In this document: positions 39,822 through 49,981 of the stretch, piece by piece | How positions within the stretch are numbered: position 1 is the first letter of the stretch | Layout: every line of letters starts with the position of its first letter | DNA from: an uncultured Bacteroides sp. | GTDB taxonomy: Bacteria > Bacteroidota > Bacteroidia > Bacteroidales > JACABE01 | Direction of reading: 5' to 3' | NCBI GenBank assembly: GCA_964634005.1 | Contig: CAZWKQ010000004.1 | Span: forward strand, 42,105 to 106,104 | DNA: 64,000 nt | Program-made: the position numbers and the translations under genes | Notes under the pieces: generated by a model | What the model was told of the DNA's origin: nothing | Database searches by the model: none | Seen by the model: only the letters and a program-made list of their open reading frames with translations

Positions 39822-42410
39822 TTAATTTCTAAAAACAAGTTTGTCGTCAAAAGCATCGAGTAAAATTCTTTGTTCCTGAGTTATTTTGCCCGATAACAAC
39901 ATTTTAGACAATTCGTTAAGTACTTTTTTCTGTAAAACTCTTTTCAAAGGTCTGGCTCCATATTGCGGGTCGAAGCCCAACTCGGCAAGATAATCGATTG
40001 CAAAATCAGTTGCTTCAAGGTTTATGCCTTTAGGTTCGAGCATCTTCTTCAACCTTTCGAAATTCATAATTACAATCTCCCTTATTTCTTTTTGTGAAAG
40101 CGGATTAAACATAATTATTTCGTCAACTCTATTGAGGAATTCGGGACGTATAGTCGCTTTCAATAATTCCATTACATCTAAACGGATTTTTGAAAGCAAG
40201 GCTTGGCTATTCGAGCTTGTCATATTAGAAATACCTTCTTGAATTATATGAGAACCAATATTTGAAGTCATTATGATAATGGTATTCTTAAAATCAGCCG
40301 TTCTGCCTTTGTTATCAGTAAGCCTTCCTTCGTCGAGTACCTGAAGTAAAATATTGAAAACATCAGGATGTGCTTTTTCAATTTCGTCGAGCAGTACAAC
40401 AGAATAAGGTCTTCTTCTTACTGCTTCTGTTAACTGTCCGCTTTCTTCATATCCAACATATCCCGGAGGAGCTCCAATAAGTCTTGACACTGTATGCCTT
40501 TCTTGATATTCAGACATATCAATACGAACAAGAGCATTTTCATCGTTGAATAAGAATTCGGCCAAAGCTTTTGCAAGTTCGGTTTTCCCAACGCCGGTAG
40601 TTCCCAAGAAAATAAAAGAACCTATAGGTCTTTTACTATCCTGCAATCCTGCCCTGCTTCTCCTAATGGCATCAGAAATTGCCTCAATTGCTTCATCCTG
40701 TCCAATAACTCTTTTATGAAGTTCATTTTCAAGATTTAAAAGTTTTTCTCTTTCGCTTTGAAGCATTTTATTTACCGGTATTCCTGTCCAACGCGATACT
40801 ACCTCGGCAATATCTTCGCTATCAACCTCTTCTTTAAGCATAGCTTGCTCCGATTGCAGTTCAGACAGCTTTTGCTTGTAATTATTTAAATCATTTTCGG
40901 CTTCTTTAATCCTGCCGTAACGAAGTTCGGCAACTTTTCCGTAATCACCGCTACGTTCGGCCTGTTCTGCCTCAAATTTGAATTTTTCAATATTTTTTAC
41001 ACTTTGTTGAATTTTTTCGACTATTTCTTTCTCGGCTAACCATTTCGAACGCAATTGAGTTCTTGTTTCATTCAAATTGGCTATTTCTTCGTTTAACTGA
41101 TTTAACTTCAACTCATCATTTTCCCTTTTAATAGCTTCTCTTTCAATTTCAAGCTGACGTATTCTTCTTTCGATTTCATCTAATTCTTCAGGAACGGAGT
41201 TAATCTCCATTCTGAGTTTAGAGGCAGCTTCATCTATAAGGTCTATGGCTTTATCGGGCAAAAACCTGTCGGTTATATATCTTTGTGATAATTCAACAGC
41301 GGCAATAATTGCTTCATCTTTTATCCTAACCTGATGATGAACTTCATATTTTTCTTTAAGCCCTCTAAGGATTGAGATAGCATCCATAGTGTCAGGCTCT
41401 TCAATAAAAACGGTTTGAAATCTGCGTTCCAACGCCTTATCCTTTTCGAAATACTTCTGATATTCCTTTAAAGTTGTGGCTCCTATTGCTCTTAATTCAC
41501 CTCTTGCAAGTGCCGGTTTCAGTATATTAGCGGCATCCATTGCACCCTCACTTGCTCCTGCACCGACAAGAGTATGTATTTCGTCGATAAACAATACAAC
41601 TTCGCCATCTGAAGATATTACTTCTTTAATAACACTTTTTAACCTTTCTTCAAACTCGCCTTTATATTTTGCTCCGGCAATTAATGCTCCCATATCGAGA
41701 GAAAAAATCTGTTTTGTTTTCAAATTTTCGGGAACATCGCCATTAACAATTCTATGAGCCAAACCTTCGGCAATAGCAGTTTTTCCTACTCCAGGCTCTC
41801 CTATAAGAATAGGATTATTTTTAGTTCTTCTTGTCAATATTTGTAAAACTCTTCTTATTTCGTCATCTCTGCCTATTACGGGGTCTAATTTGCCTTTTTG
41901 TGCCAAATCATTCAGATTGCGAGCAAACTTATTCAACGAATTATAAGTATCCTCTGCTGTTTGGCTTTTAACTTTTTGCCCTTTTCTTAATTCTTTAATT
42001 GCTATTTTAAGATCCTTCTCATTTACTCCGGCATCTTTTAGTATCTTGGCTGCCGTATCGTTTCGAGATAGAATTCCCAACAATATATGTTCTAATGAAA
42101 TAAACTCATCTCCAAATTCTTTCAAATAATTGCTTGCAGCAATCAATGATTGATTGGCATCGGAAGAAAGATAAGGCTCCCCTCCGCTTACCTTTGGCAT
42201 AGATGAAATTGTTCTGTCTATTGTTTGAGTAACAATCTGAACATTTACATTTAGTTTCTTTAAAAGGTATGGAATGACGTTTTCATCAATTACTAACATA
42301 CCCTTTAAAATATGAATGTTTTCAATTGCTTGATGTTGATTCGAAAGGGCTATTTCCATCCCTTTTTGGATGGCCTCTTGCGACTTAATGGTATAATTGT
42401 TAAAATTCAT
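39822..42410 (-). CDS. clpB: ATP-dependent chaperone ClpB
   Basis: It has two AAA+ modules (GEPGVGKTA, GTTGVGKTE) and a long middle coiled coil. I placed the start at the second ATG (MNFNNYTIKSQEAIQ), which looks like the usual ClpB N-terminus. The track start at 42428 adds 6 residues. Confidence 0.93.
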   Translation of the reverse strand: MNFNNYTIKSQEAIQKGMEIALSNQHQAIENIHILKGMLVIDENVIPYLLKKLNVNVQIVTQTIDRTISSMPKVSGGEPYLSSDANQSLIAASNYLKEFGDEFISLEHILLGILSRNDTAAKILKDAGVNEKDLKIAIKELRKGQKVKSQTAEDTYNSLNKFARNLNDLAQKGKLDPVIGRDDEIRRVLQILTRRTKNNPILIGEPGVGKTAIAEGLAHRIVNGDVPENLKTKQIFSLDMGALIAGAKYKGEFEERLKSVIKEVISSDGEVVLFIDEIHTLVGAGASEGAMDAANILKPALARGELRAIGATTLKEYQKYFEKDKALERRFQTVFIEEPDTMDAISILRGLKEKYEVHHQVRIKDEAIIAAVELSQRYITDRFLPDKAIDLIDEAASKLRMEINSVPEELDEIERRIRQLEIEREAIKRENDELKLNQLNEEIANLNETRTQLRSKWLAEKEIVEKIQQSVKNIEKFKFEAEQAERSGDYGKVAELRYGRIKEAENDLNNYKQKLSELQSEQAMLKEEVDSEDIAEVVSRWTGIPVNKMLQSEREKLLNLENELHKRVIGQDEAIEAISDAIRRSRAGLQDSKRPIGSFIFLGTTGVGKTELAKALAEFLFNDENALVRIDMSEYQERHTVSRLIGAPPGYVGYEESGQLTEAVRRRPYSVVLLDEIEKAHPDVFNILLQVLDEGRLTDNKGRTADFKNTIIIMTSNIGSHIIQEGISNMTSSNSQALLSKIRLDVMELLKATIRPEFLNRVDEIIMFNPLSQKEIREIVIMNFERLKKMLEPKGINLEATDFAIDYLAELGFDPQYGARPLKRVLQKKVLNELSKMLLSGKITQEQRILLDAFDDKLVFRN

Positions 42411-42438
42411 GACACTTAATTTTTCCATTAAACATCAA

Positions 42439-42446
42439 CAAATATA
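42439..42446 (-). promoter_or_regulatory. -7 promoter box (TATATTTG on minus strand) for clpB
   Basis: The plus strand reads CAAATATA. It sits about 29 nt upstream of the preferred clpB start. Confidence 0.4.
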
Positions 42447-42452
42447 CCATAC

Positions 42453-42496
42453 AAAAAAAATAGGACACAATGACGCACAAAACGATTTATTGTGTC
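42453..42496 (-). terminator. Intrinsic terminator downstream of the 1509-aa gene
   Basis: An 8-bp stem GACACAAT/ATTGTGTC (42464-42471 with 42489-42496) and a 17-nt loop. On the minus strand it is followed by a T8 run (plus-strand A8 at 42453-42460). Confidence 0.55.
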
Positions 42497-42515
42497 ATTT
42501 TGACACATATTTTAT

Positions 42516-45500
42516 TTATTCGCTTTGTTCCGGTTCGTCTTGAGTTACCTCGGCAGCTTGCATTCGTTTAACAAAGTCATTTTTTCTTCTTTCGGTAGAA
42601 AGATAGTAAGAGTAAGCCGGCATACCGGATTCAGCTTCCAAACGACGCTTTTCGGGCTTTTCCTGTGTTATAAAATCATTGAAATCTTTCATCGAAGAAT
42701 ATGCCTGCATCTGATTATTACTATATGTAAAGAAATACCATTCAGCATCATCCAATTCAAGATATATATTTAAAACATCACCTGTTCTTTTTTTCTGTAT
42801 CTGAATATATCCTTTTACATATTTATTTATTTGATTTTTACCGATATTACCTATGCCAATATCACCAAGCGAAATAAAAGATCTAGTGGTTGAATCATAC
42901 CTGAATTTGACATCAGAAAGCAACATGGTATAATCGAGTTTGTCGGGAACTCTTCGCAAAGCTCCGTACATATTTATTTCGTTTATGACTTTTTCGGCTT
43001 CTTTTTCTCCGAGAATCTCACCAAAAGCTTTCTTTATCTTATTATTAGCAACATTATCGATACTATTAAGACTATTATTTGAAAAAAGACTTTGTCCAAG
43101 CATCTTGAGTGCTTCTGGGTGAAAGAAAAAGTTTATCGGCATAACCAAATCGAAAGTAGCCTCATTGTTTCGCATGTTGTTAGTAACAAAACCATAGCTG
43201 TCCATACTTACTCTTCCAAGCTTGGTTCCTAAGTTTATTTTACCGTCACCTTTACTAACACATGAATTTACATCTAATACCAGCATATTTCCCAAAGTAT
43301 CGGGATTTGAAAGCTTTGTTTTGGAAGCAATCCAGTACTCTTTTTTATCCTTTTTATAAGTTATAAATCCGTTGGCTGATATAACGGCAGAATCGCTGTA
43401 AACTCTTTTAGGACTTGCAAAAGCTGTATAAATTTGACCGGTATTGGAATACAGGATTGCAGAAGCTAATTTTCTTCCATTAACTTCTTTTGGTTCAGCA
43501 TCTATTGGAATTAATATTTCTTTCGGATTGATTTCTGAATTGAATTTTAACCAAATTTTTGAATCATCAGTGCAAGCATGAAATAATTGAGTACCTCCTA
43601 TAAAATAAAGATTTTGTTTGTTTGCTTTCAATTGAACTTCACCGGCAAAATCGAATGCAGGGCTGAGAGCAAAATCAGAAGAGTCTGATATTTTTCCGGT
43701 AGCATAAGTTCGATTATTTGGGTCAACCCCGACTTTATCGAAGAAAATCTGATGTTTTTTATCGTTTTCGTCGGTATAATCGTAATATGCAGTTGCAATA
43801 TAATTTTTCTTACCCTGAATTATGGTTCTTGCTTTATACATATAGTGGTATTTTTTAGCAGTATCAGCCAAAATAAGCGAATTATTAAGTTGCTGCATTT
43901 CAGCTTGTCTCAATATTGTAACTTTGCCGTTTTCGGGTGCAATAACAGCATCGGCTACACGTATCAGCTTAACATCCTGAGCGGTTAGAACATAATCTTT
44001 CATGTTAAATATTGCCTTTGTTGCTCTGAATTTAAGAGAATCCTGAGACGGATGGGTAGATACAAAATCAGACCCCGGCAAATCGTATGATAATAAGTCC
44101 TTAAGAGGCATTTTATCAAGAATTTCGCTTCCCGGTTTCTTGGTATTTCTTAAAGCTATTTCTTCTTTATCCATATACCAGTCGAGCATATCCATATAAC
44201 AGATATAACGATTTACAGGGAAATTAACCTTTGACACTCCTCCATTTGATTTAAACTCCCCTATTCGCTTTTTAAAATCAATGTGAGATTTGTAGTTTTC
44301 GGTATTAAAAGCAAGATCGGTTAAATCATATGTTCTCAATCTGAAATTTGCAGTATCGGAATCAAAAACATGTTCTTTGAATTTGTAAAGGTTAGATTCC
44401 ATTTCGGCTTTTTCAAACTCAATTTTTCCTCTGCCAGTGAGTCCTGACGGCATTAATACAACTCTTCCGTTTAATTTCGATTCGTTGTTATACATCTGGA
44501 AAGGTTGATCGATTTGTGTTGATATTAGAGAGTCTTTGTAAGGCCTCCAGAATTGGCTGACATTAGAGGCTGCTAACTGAGGATATTCTGTCAATGTAGT
44601 TTGTGCCTTTATTTCAAACTTATTGGCAACAGCTTTCATTGAATCAGGTAAAAACAAAAAGTCGTTTGAATGAGTTGTAGATGTAATATACTCGAGCCGT
44701 CCGTCCCCTCTTAGTCCTTGATTACTCAAATTAATTTTATTGTAATACTTACCTTTTCCGCCATAAGCAGGCAACCCTGCAATAGGAGTACTTTTAACAA
44801 AACCAAGGGAATAATCGGGTTGAACTTTCAAAGGTTCGTTAATTTCGGGGAATATGCCGGCAGAGGTTAAACTTCCATCAAATTTGATATTTTCGGTTTC
44901 AAAATTATCAAGACTGTCAATAGAAAATGGTTTAACAACAAAATAAAATTTATCCTTAGTATATACCCCTCTTTGAATATTCTGCCTATTGTAGTAAACA
45001 TAAGAGGGTTCTTTACTTGTAAATATAGGATATTGCGGAAAATTCTTCAATCCCGATTTATTTGTGGGATAATCAACAAGAATCTCACCCTTTAAATCCT
45101 GCAAAACATTCTGAACTCTAACTAAAGGTCTTTCGCCTTTGTCGTTTGTTTGAAATGCCAATACTTTGAAACTTAATGAATCTATCACAGGCATATTCAA
45201 TTTAAAGTCGTCGTAGATAAATGAACATCCTTTGGCGAAATAATCGAAACGACCGGCATGTATCCTACCCGAAAACGAGAAATCACGATTTTTTTTGACA
45301 GTAACTTCTTGATTACTCGGATAAATAAACACGTTTTGAGAATCGCTTAAAAGTACAACCGGAACTCCTTTAATCTTAAGGTCAAAATCAAGCAAACTCA
45401 ATGAGGCATTTATATCGTCTTCAACAGTTGATTGAAATTGAATAATATCGTAATCGGTTTTCTTATTAAGAGCTTTAATATACTCATAAACTTTATCCTT

Positions 45501-47045
45501 AACATAAACTACTTCATCGTCGGCATCGTATATTAAAAAACCGAGATTTGCAAGACGTATAAGCATAGCTTTCACTTGTTCGGGAGCAATTTTCATCTGT
45601 TTGGCAAGGTCATCGACGTAGATTTCATTAGTTTGATAGCTATCAACATATTTTTTTACACGATACAAAGGATGAATCTCGTCAATACCTTGTAATTTGC
45701 TGAAACGCGCTTCGGAATAATAGTTTGCCGATTCGAAAAAAGCCTGGCTTGTCCTACCGGGAACTTTTATCATACTAAAATCAATGGAACTTTTATCCAT
45801 TTTCCAATAAAGAGCCTCAAAATACATATCCAATTTATGATAAGTATCGAAAAAAGGGCTTAATGATAAATCGGTCAATCCTCTAATTAAGGTCAATTCT
45901 TTGGTAATATCAATATATTTCAATTCAAGACCTGGATGATAAATTGAATCTCCTTTCCAAAAAATACTTACTGCGGCAAAATTGGATGAAATTCTGTCTT
46001 TTCTTATAGTATATGATTTAGAAGCTGTTTTTACAAATATTTTCCCATCCTTTTTAAAATAAAGATAAGCATCTTGAAATTTATCGCCCGAGCCCATTAG
46101 TTTTGCACCAAACATTGCAAATCCACCCTCATAATCAATATCATTAAATATATTTTTAATTACAAGTCTTTTATCGTATGAACTGAATCTGGGATAAGAA
46201 GCCCTATCTTCGGTTACGTCAGACAAAACCTTTTCCTGCAAATTTCCTATCAAAAATGATGAAAAATAATTAGTATTATAAAATTTTACAGAATCTACCT
46301 CATATTTGGCAAATTTCATATTAATCTGATAATCGCCCAGCAAGGCATAAACTTCTTTTTCGGTAAAACCAGCTCGCTCCCAATTCACTTTTCCGCCATT
46401 ACCAAGCCATTTATTATCAATAGGATAATATACTCCTTTGGTATCGTATATCACAGAACTGTCTTTATTGGCATAACAATATAAATCAAGTGAAGGAAAA
46501 ATAATTTTTACAACCGTATCAAAGCTAAATTCGAAATCATCAGAATTTGTTACCCATCTGGTAGCACGTGAATTATATATATTTCTGTTAGTTATCAAAT
46601 CAGTAGTATTCTCGATAAAAGGCTGAAAATAACGAGTATTGCGCGTATCGAGCATAGATGGCAGACTTCTGAGAAAAGCGTCAAAGCTATTATCTTTTTG
46701 ACTGCTTTTCTTAAAAGAGTTTAAACAAGTCAGAAAGCTTATAAAATGCGGAAAAGGTCGCATCTTGGCCTTAAGCATCAAATTACTTACAACTATTATC
46801 TGATTTTGTTGATTTTCGTTTATTTCGCCATTCCACAAAAGTTGAAACTCATTAACTACATTTTCGGCAAAGAGTTTCTGTTCTTTTTCCGAATTTTTGT
46901 CTTCTTTAAAAAAAGCTCTTATCTCATCGATAAAAAACTTTTTATCCTTTGTAAAATTTCTGTTACTTTGACCAAATGAAAATGCTACGCAAAAAAAAAT
47001 AAAAGCAAAAGAAATTACTGATCTGCTTAAATATTTATGATTCAT
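42516..47045 (-). CDS. Very large secreted/envelope protein of unknown function
   Basis: 1509 aa in a single uninterrupted ORF. The N-terminus has a signal-like segment (VISFAFIFFCVAFSFGQ) and the C-terminal tail is acidic. I recognise no catalytic or repeat motif and see no T9SS C-terminal domain. Its start overlaps the prmA stop by 11 nt. Confidence 0.6.
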   Translation of the reverse strand: MNHKYLSRSVISFAFIFFCVAFSFGQSNRNFTKDKKFFIDEIRAFFKEDKNSEKEQKLFAENVVNEFQLLWNGEINENQQNQIIVVSNLMLKAKMRPFPHFISFLTCLNSFKKSSQKDNSFDAFLRSLPSMLDTRNTRYFQPFIENTTDLITNRNIYNSRATRWVTNSDDFEFSFDTVVKIIFPSLDLYCYANKDSSVIYDTKGVYYPIDNKWLGNGGKVNWERAGFTEKEVYALLGDYQINMKFAKYEVDSVKFYNTNYFSSFLIGNLQEKVLSDVTEDRASYPRFSSYDKRLVIKNIFNDIDYEGGFAMFGAKLMGSGDKFQDAYLYFKKDGKIFVKTASKSYTIRKDRISSNFAAVSIFWKGDSIYHPGLELKYIDITKELTLIRGLTDLSLSPFFDTYHKLDMYFEALYWKMDKSSIDFSMIKVPGRTSQAFFESANYYSEARFSKLQGIDEIHPLYRVKKYVDSYQTNEIYVDDLAKQMKIAPEQVKAMLIRLANLGFLIYDADDEVVYVKDKVYEYIKALNKKTDYDIIQFQSTVEDDINASLSLLDFDLKIKGVPVVLLSDSQNVFIYPSNQEVTVKKNRDFSFSGRIHAGRFDYFAKGCSFIYDDFKLNMPVIDSLSFKVLAFQTNDKGERPLVRVQNVLQDLKGEILVDYPTNKSGLKNFPQYPIFTSKEPSYVYYNRQNIQRGVYTKDKFYFVVKPFSIDSLDNFETENIKFDGSLTSAGIFPEINEPLKVQPDYSLGFVKSTPIAGLPAYGGKGKYYNKINLSNQGLRGDGRLEYITSTTHSNDFLFLPDSMKAVANKFEIKAQTTLTEYPQLAASNVSQFWRPYKDSLISTQIDQPFQMYNNESKLNGRVVLMPSGLTGRGKIEFEKAEMESNLYKFKEHVFDSDTANFRLRTYDLTDLAFNTENYKSHIDFKKRIGEFKSNGGVSKVNFPVNRYICYMDMLDWYMDKEEIALRNTKKPGSEILDKMPLKDLLSYDLPGSDFVSTHPSQDSLKFRATKAIFNMKDYVLTAQDVKLIRVADAVIAPENGKVTILRQAEMQQLNNSLILADTAKKYHYMYKARTIIQGKKNYIATAYYDYTDENDKKHQIFFDKVGVDPNNRTYATGKISDSSDFALSPAFDFAGEVQLKANKQNLYFIGGTQLFHACTDDSKIWLKFNSEINPKEILIPIDAEPKEVNGRKLASAILYSNTGQIYTAFASPKRVYSDSAVISANGFITYKKDKKEYWIASKTKLSNPDTLGNMLVLDVNSCVSKGDGKINLGTKLGRVSMDSYGFVTNNMRNNEATFDLVMPINFFFHPEALKMLGQSLFSNNSLNSIDNVANNKIKKAFGEILGEKEAEKVINEINMYGALRRVPDKLDYTMLLSDVKFRYDSTTRSFISLGDIGIGNIGKNQINKYVKGYIQIQKKRTGDVLNIYLELDDAEWYFFTYSNNQMQAYSSMKDFNDFITQEKPEKRRLEAESGMPAYSYYLSTERRKNDFVKRMQAAEVTQDEPEQSE

Positions 47046-47892
47046 TGTTTACTGATTTTGAAAAACGGGCTGCTATCCAGTTATTTTTTGTTAAATAACG
47101 TAATAATTTGATTTGATATTTTAAGCACTCATTCTCAATAGCATCCAAATCTTCTTTATAAAACCCGCTTAATAATAAAATACCGTTGTCGGACAATACT
47201 TTAGAGTAATGTTTAATATCTTCCAAAAGTATGTTCCTATTGATATTTGCAAAAATTATATCAAACTTATTGTCATAATTCAATAAGCCGGCATCGCCAT
47301 GATAAATTTCAAAATCAGAATAAATATCATTGTTCCTTAAATTTTCGACTGCATTATTGTATGCCCAAATATCATTGTCGATGCCTGTAATGTGTGCAGC
47401 TCCGAGTTTTTTTGCCAAAATGCCCAATATAAAAGTACCACAACCCATGTCGAGAACTTTCTTATCCTTTATATTTTCTGCTAAAATAAGCTCTATCATC
47501 ATCGAAGTAGTTTCGTGGTGGGCAGTACCAAAGGACATCTTTGGTTCAATTATTATTTCATAAGGAATATCATTAATTTTTGGGTGAAATGGTGCTCTTA
47601 TATAACATTTATCGGAAATTAAAACAGGATCATAATTGCTTTCCCATTCTTCATTCCAATTTTTTTCCTCCATAATTTTGAATTCGTACTTAAAACTAAA
47701 ATCAGAAGGCAGGTTATTTTTAATAAGTTCTAACTCGTTTTTATCGAACAAATTTTCAGAAATATAAGCTACAACACCATTTTCGTTTTCAATAAAACTG
47801 TCGTAACCTATATTTCCGAGCCTTGCAATTATTATCTCATTGAACGACTGAATATTATTATCAGGAATTATTTGAACTTCAAAATACTTCAT
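47035..47892 (-). CDS. prmA: Ribosomal protein L11 methyltransferase
   Basis: 285 aa with the SAM motif VLDMGCGTFILGI and the FGTAHHETT motif typical of PrmA. Confidence 0.9.
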   Translation of the reverse strand: MKYFEVQIIPDNNIQSFNEIIIARLGNIGYDSFIENENGVVAYISENLFDKNELELIKNNLPSDFSFKYEFKIMEEKNWNEEWESNYDPVLISDKCYIRAPFHPKINDIPYEIIIEPKMSFGTAHHETTSMMIELILAENIKDKKVLDMGCGTFILGILAKKLGAAHITGIDNDIWAYNNAVENLRNNDIYSDFEIYHGDAGLLNYDNKFDIIFANINRNILLEDIKHYSKVLSDNGILLLSGFYKEDLDAIENECLKYQIKLLRYLTKNNWIAARFSKSVNNES

Positions 47893-47902
47893 TTAACAAA
47901 GT

Positions 47903-48661
47903 TTAAAAAGATTGGATAATTTTAAGAAATTCATCTGATTTTAATGATGCTCCGCCAATAAGGCCTCCATTAACATCAGGCTTAGAAAATATTTCGGCAG
48001 CATTCTGAGAATTACAACTGCCTCCGTACAAAATAGGAGTATTTTTTGCTATTTCTTTGCCATACTTTTCAACTATTAAACTTCTAATAAAAGCGTGCAT
48101 TTCCTGAGCTTGTTCGGAGGTAGCATTAACGCCTGTTCCAATAGCCCATACGGGCTCGTAGGCTATAACTATCTTTCCGAAATCAAGCGGGTCGAAACTG
48201 AAGAGAGAATTTTCAATTTGTTTTTTAACAATGTCGAAATGAATACCTTTTTCTCTTTCTTCGAGTGTTTCGCCACAACAGAAAATAGGAAATATATCAT
48301 ATTCAAGCAGTTGTTCAATTTTTAGTTTAATTTCTTCATCGCTTTCCTTAAAATATTTTCTACGTTCCGAATGGCCAACTATACAATATTCAACCTGCAT
48401 TGAATGAAGCATTTCGGCTGAAACCTCTCCGGTATATGCACCTTTTTGGAAACAACTCACATTTTGAGCTCCAACCATAAAATCGCTGTCTTTTTCATAA
48501 TCTGTGGCCATTTCAAGATAAGGAAACGGAGTACAAAGAATTACATCAACATTTCTCGCATCTAAATTATCTAATCCGTCGATAATTTCTTGTATCAATT
48601 CCTCTGCTTCCTGAAAGGTTTTGTTCATTTTCCAATTTCCTGCAACTATTCTTCTTTTCAT
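47903..48661 (-). CDS. tpiA: Triose-phosphate isomerase
   Basis: 252 aa with AGNWKMN, VGHSERR and AYEPVWAIGTG motifs. Confidence 0.96.
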   Translation of the reverse strand: MKRRIVAGNWKMNKTFQEAEELIQEIIDGLDNLDARNVDVILCTPFPYLEMATDYEKDSDFMVGAQNVSCFQKGAYTGEVSAEMLHSMQVEYCIVGHSERRKYFKESDEEIKLKIEQLLEYDIFPIFCCGETLEEREKGIHFDIVKKQIENSLFSFDPLDFGKIVIAYEPVWAIGTGVNATSEQAQEMHAFIRSLIVEKYGKEIAKNTPILYGGSCNSQNAAEIFSKPDVNGGLIGGASLKSDEFLKIIQSF

Positions 48662-48671
48662 TTTTTTAGAT

Positions 48672-49751
48672 TTAAGTTAAACGAACACGCGGGTCTAACC
48701 ACCCGTAAATAATATCTACAAAAATATTTATTATTACTAATATAACAGAAATAAAAAGCAATACTCCCATTAAAACGGGAAAATCATATTTTTCGAGAGC
48801 CTCAACTATAACAACTCCTAATCCTTTCCAATCGAAAATATATTCCACAAATACTGCTCCTGCCAATAGAGAAGCTAACCATCCTGAAACTGCTGTTACC
48901 ACAGGATTCATTGCATTTCTGAGAGCATGTTTGAAAATAACTTTTACTTCAGTAAGTCCCTTTGCCCGGGCTGTACGTATAAAATCCTGATTTAATACCT
49001 CAAGCATCGAACTTCTTGTTAATTCGATAATTACGGCAAGTGGTCTTATCCCTAATGTAAAAGCAGGTAAAATGAGATTTTTTAAATCCAAATACTCGCT
49101 ATTGCCCATATCATCGACAGAATACAAGCTGCCAAACATATTTAACCCTGTATAATCGGATAATACAAAAGCAAATAGCCAAGCTATGACAATGGCAGCA
49201 AAAAATGACGGAAGCGACATACCTAATGAGGCTATTATTAATGAAATTTTATCTATTAATCCGTCTTTTTTCAAAGCAGATATTATTCCTATACCAACTC
49301 CTATAATAAAAGCAAAAGCTATTGATACAAAAGCAAGAATTGCCGTATTTGGAAAAGCTTCGGAAATTATTTCAGTAACTTCTCTTTTACTTTGATATGA
49401 ACGTCTGAAATATGGCTTCTTTAAAACCAAAGTCTTTTCTCCTAAAGTTATAATTTTCAAACATTTTCCGTATTTTGTGTTATCGTAATACCAATAATCA
49501 TTAGTATTTTTTATATTGTGAATCGATAAAAAAGAAATGTCATTTAAGTAATTAAAAAATTGAATATGCAAAGGCTTATCTCTTCCCAAATCTTTATTAA
49601 TTGCTTCTATTGAAGCCATATCAGCCCTTTGTCCCAAAATCATTCTTGCAGGATCTCCGGGTAAAACATTGAATAATACAAATACAAGAGTTATTACACC
49701 AATAATAACTAAAGTGCCGTAAAAAAACCTCTTTAAAATATATCTGAGCAA
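48672..49751 (-). CDS. ABC transporter permease (OppB/DppB-like binding-protein-dependent family), orphan
   Basis: 359 aa with the N-terminus ILKRFFYGTLVIIGVITLVFVLFNVLPGDPA and an EAA-like loop (IRTARAKGLTEVKVIFKHALRNA). No ATPase, second permease or binding-protein gene is adjacent. Confidence 0.8.
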   Translation of the reverse strand: MLRYILKRFFYGTLVIIGVITLVFVLFNVLPGDPARMILGQRADMASIEAINKDLGRDKPLHIQFFNYLNDISFLSIHNIKNTNDYWYYDNTKYGKCLKIITLGEKTLVLKKPYFRRSYQSKREVTEIISEAFPNTAILAFVSIAFAFIIGVGIGIISALKKDGLIDKISLIIASLGMSLPSFFAAIVIAWLFAFVLSDYTGLNMFGSLYSVDDMGNSEYLDLKNLILPAFTLGIRPLAVIIELTRSSMLEVLNQDFIRTARAKGLTEVKVIFKHALRNAMNPVVTAVSGWLASLLAGAVFVEYIFDWKGLGVVIVEALEKYDFPVLMGVLLFISVILVIINIFVDIIYGWLDPRVRLT

Positions 49752-49769
49752 TTTTCTCTTTTTTTACGG

Positions 49770-49777
49770 CAAATTTA
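49770..49777 (-). promoter_or_regulatory. -7 promoter box (TAAATTTG on minus strand) for the permease-tpiA-prmA gene string
   Basis: The plus strand reads CAAATTTA, about 19 nt upstream of the start codon at 49751. Confidence 0.4.
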
Positions 49778-49926
49778 TTGATTTAATTTTATTATCCCAA
49801 AATAATCAACAACATATACAAATATATAAACACTTGTATAAGTGATAATTAGTTAAAATTAAATTAGTATTAAAAATAAAAATTTATCAATTAAACTTCA
49901 ATGCTCTAATCTTGTTTAATCTCGAT

Positions 49927-49958
49927 AAAAAAAGGGGGATGATAAGAAAACATCCCCC
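49927..49958 (-). terminator. Intrinsic terminator downstream of the TonB-dependent receptor gene
   Basis: An 8-bp GC-rich stem GGGGGATG/CATCCCCC (49934-49941 with 49951-49958), followed on the minus strand by T7. Confidence 0.8.
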
Positions 49959-49981
49959 TTTTACAAGATAAACTCAGTTTA

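Noticed and set aside
39808-39824. Convergent kinase and clpB genes whose stop codons are only 11 nt apart, with no terminator between them.
   Set aside because: This was noted as tight packing only. The sequence gives no evidence for a functional antisense interaction.
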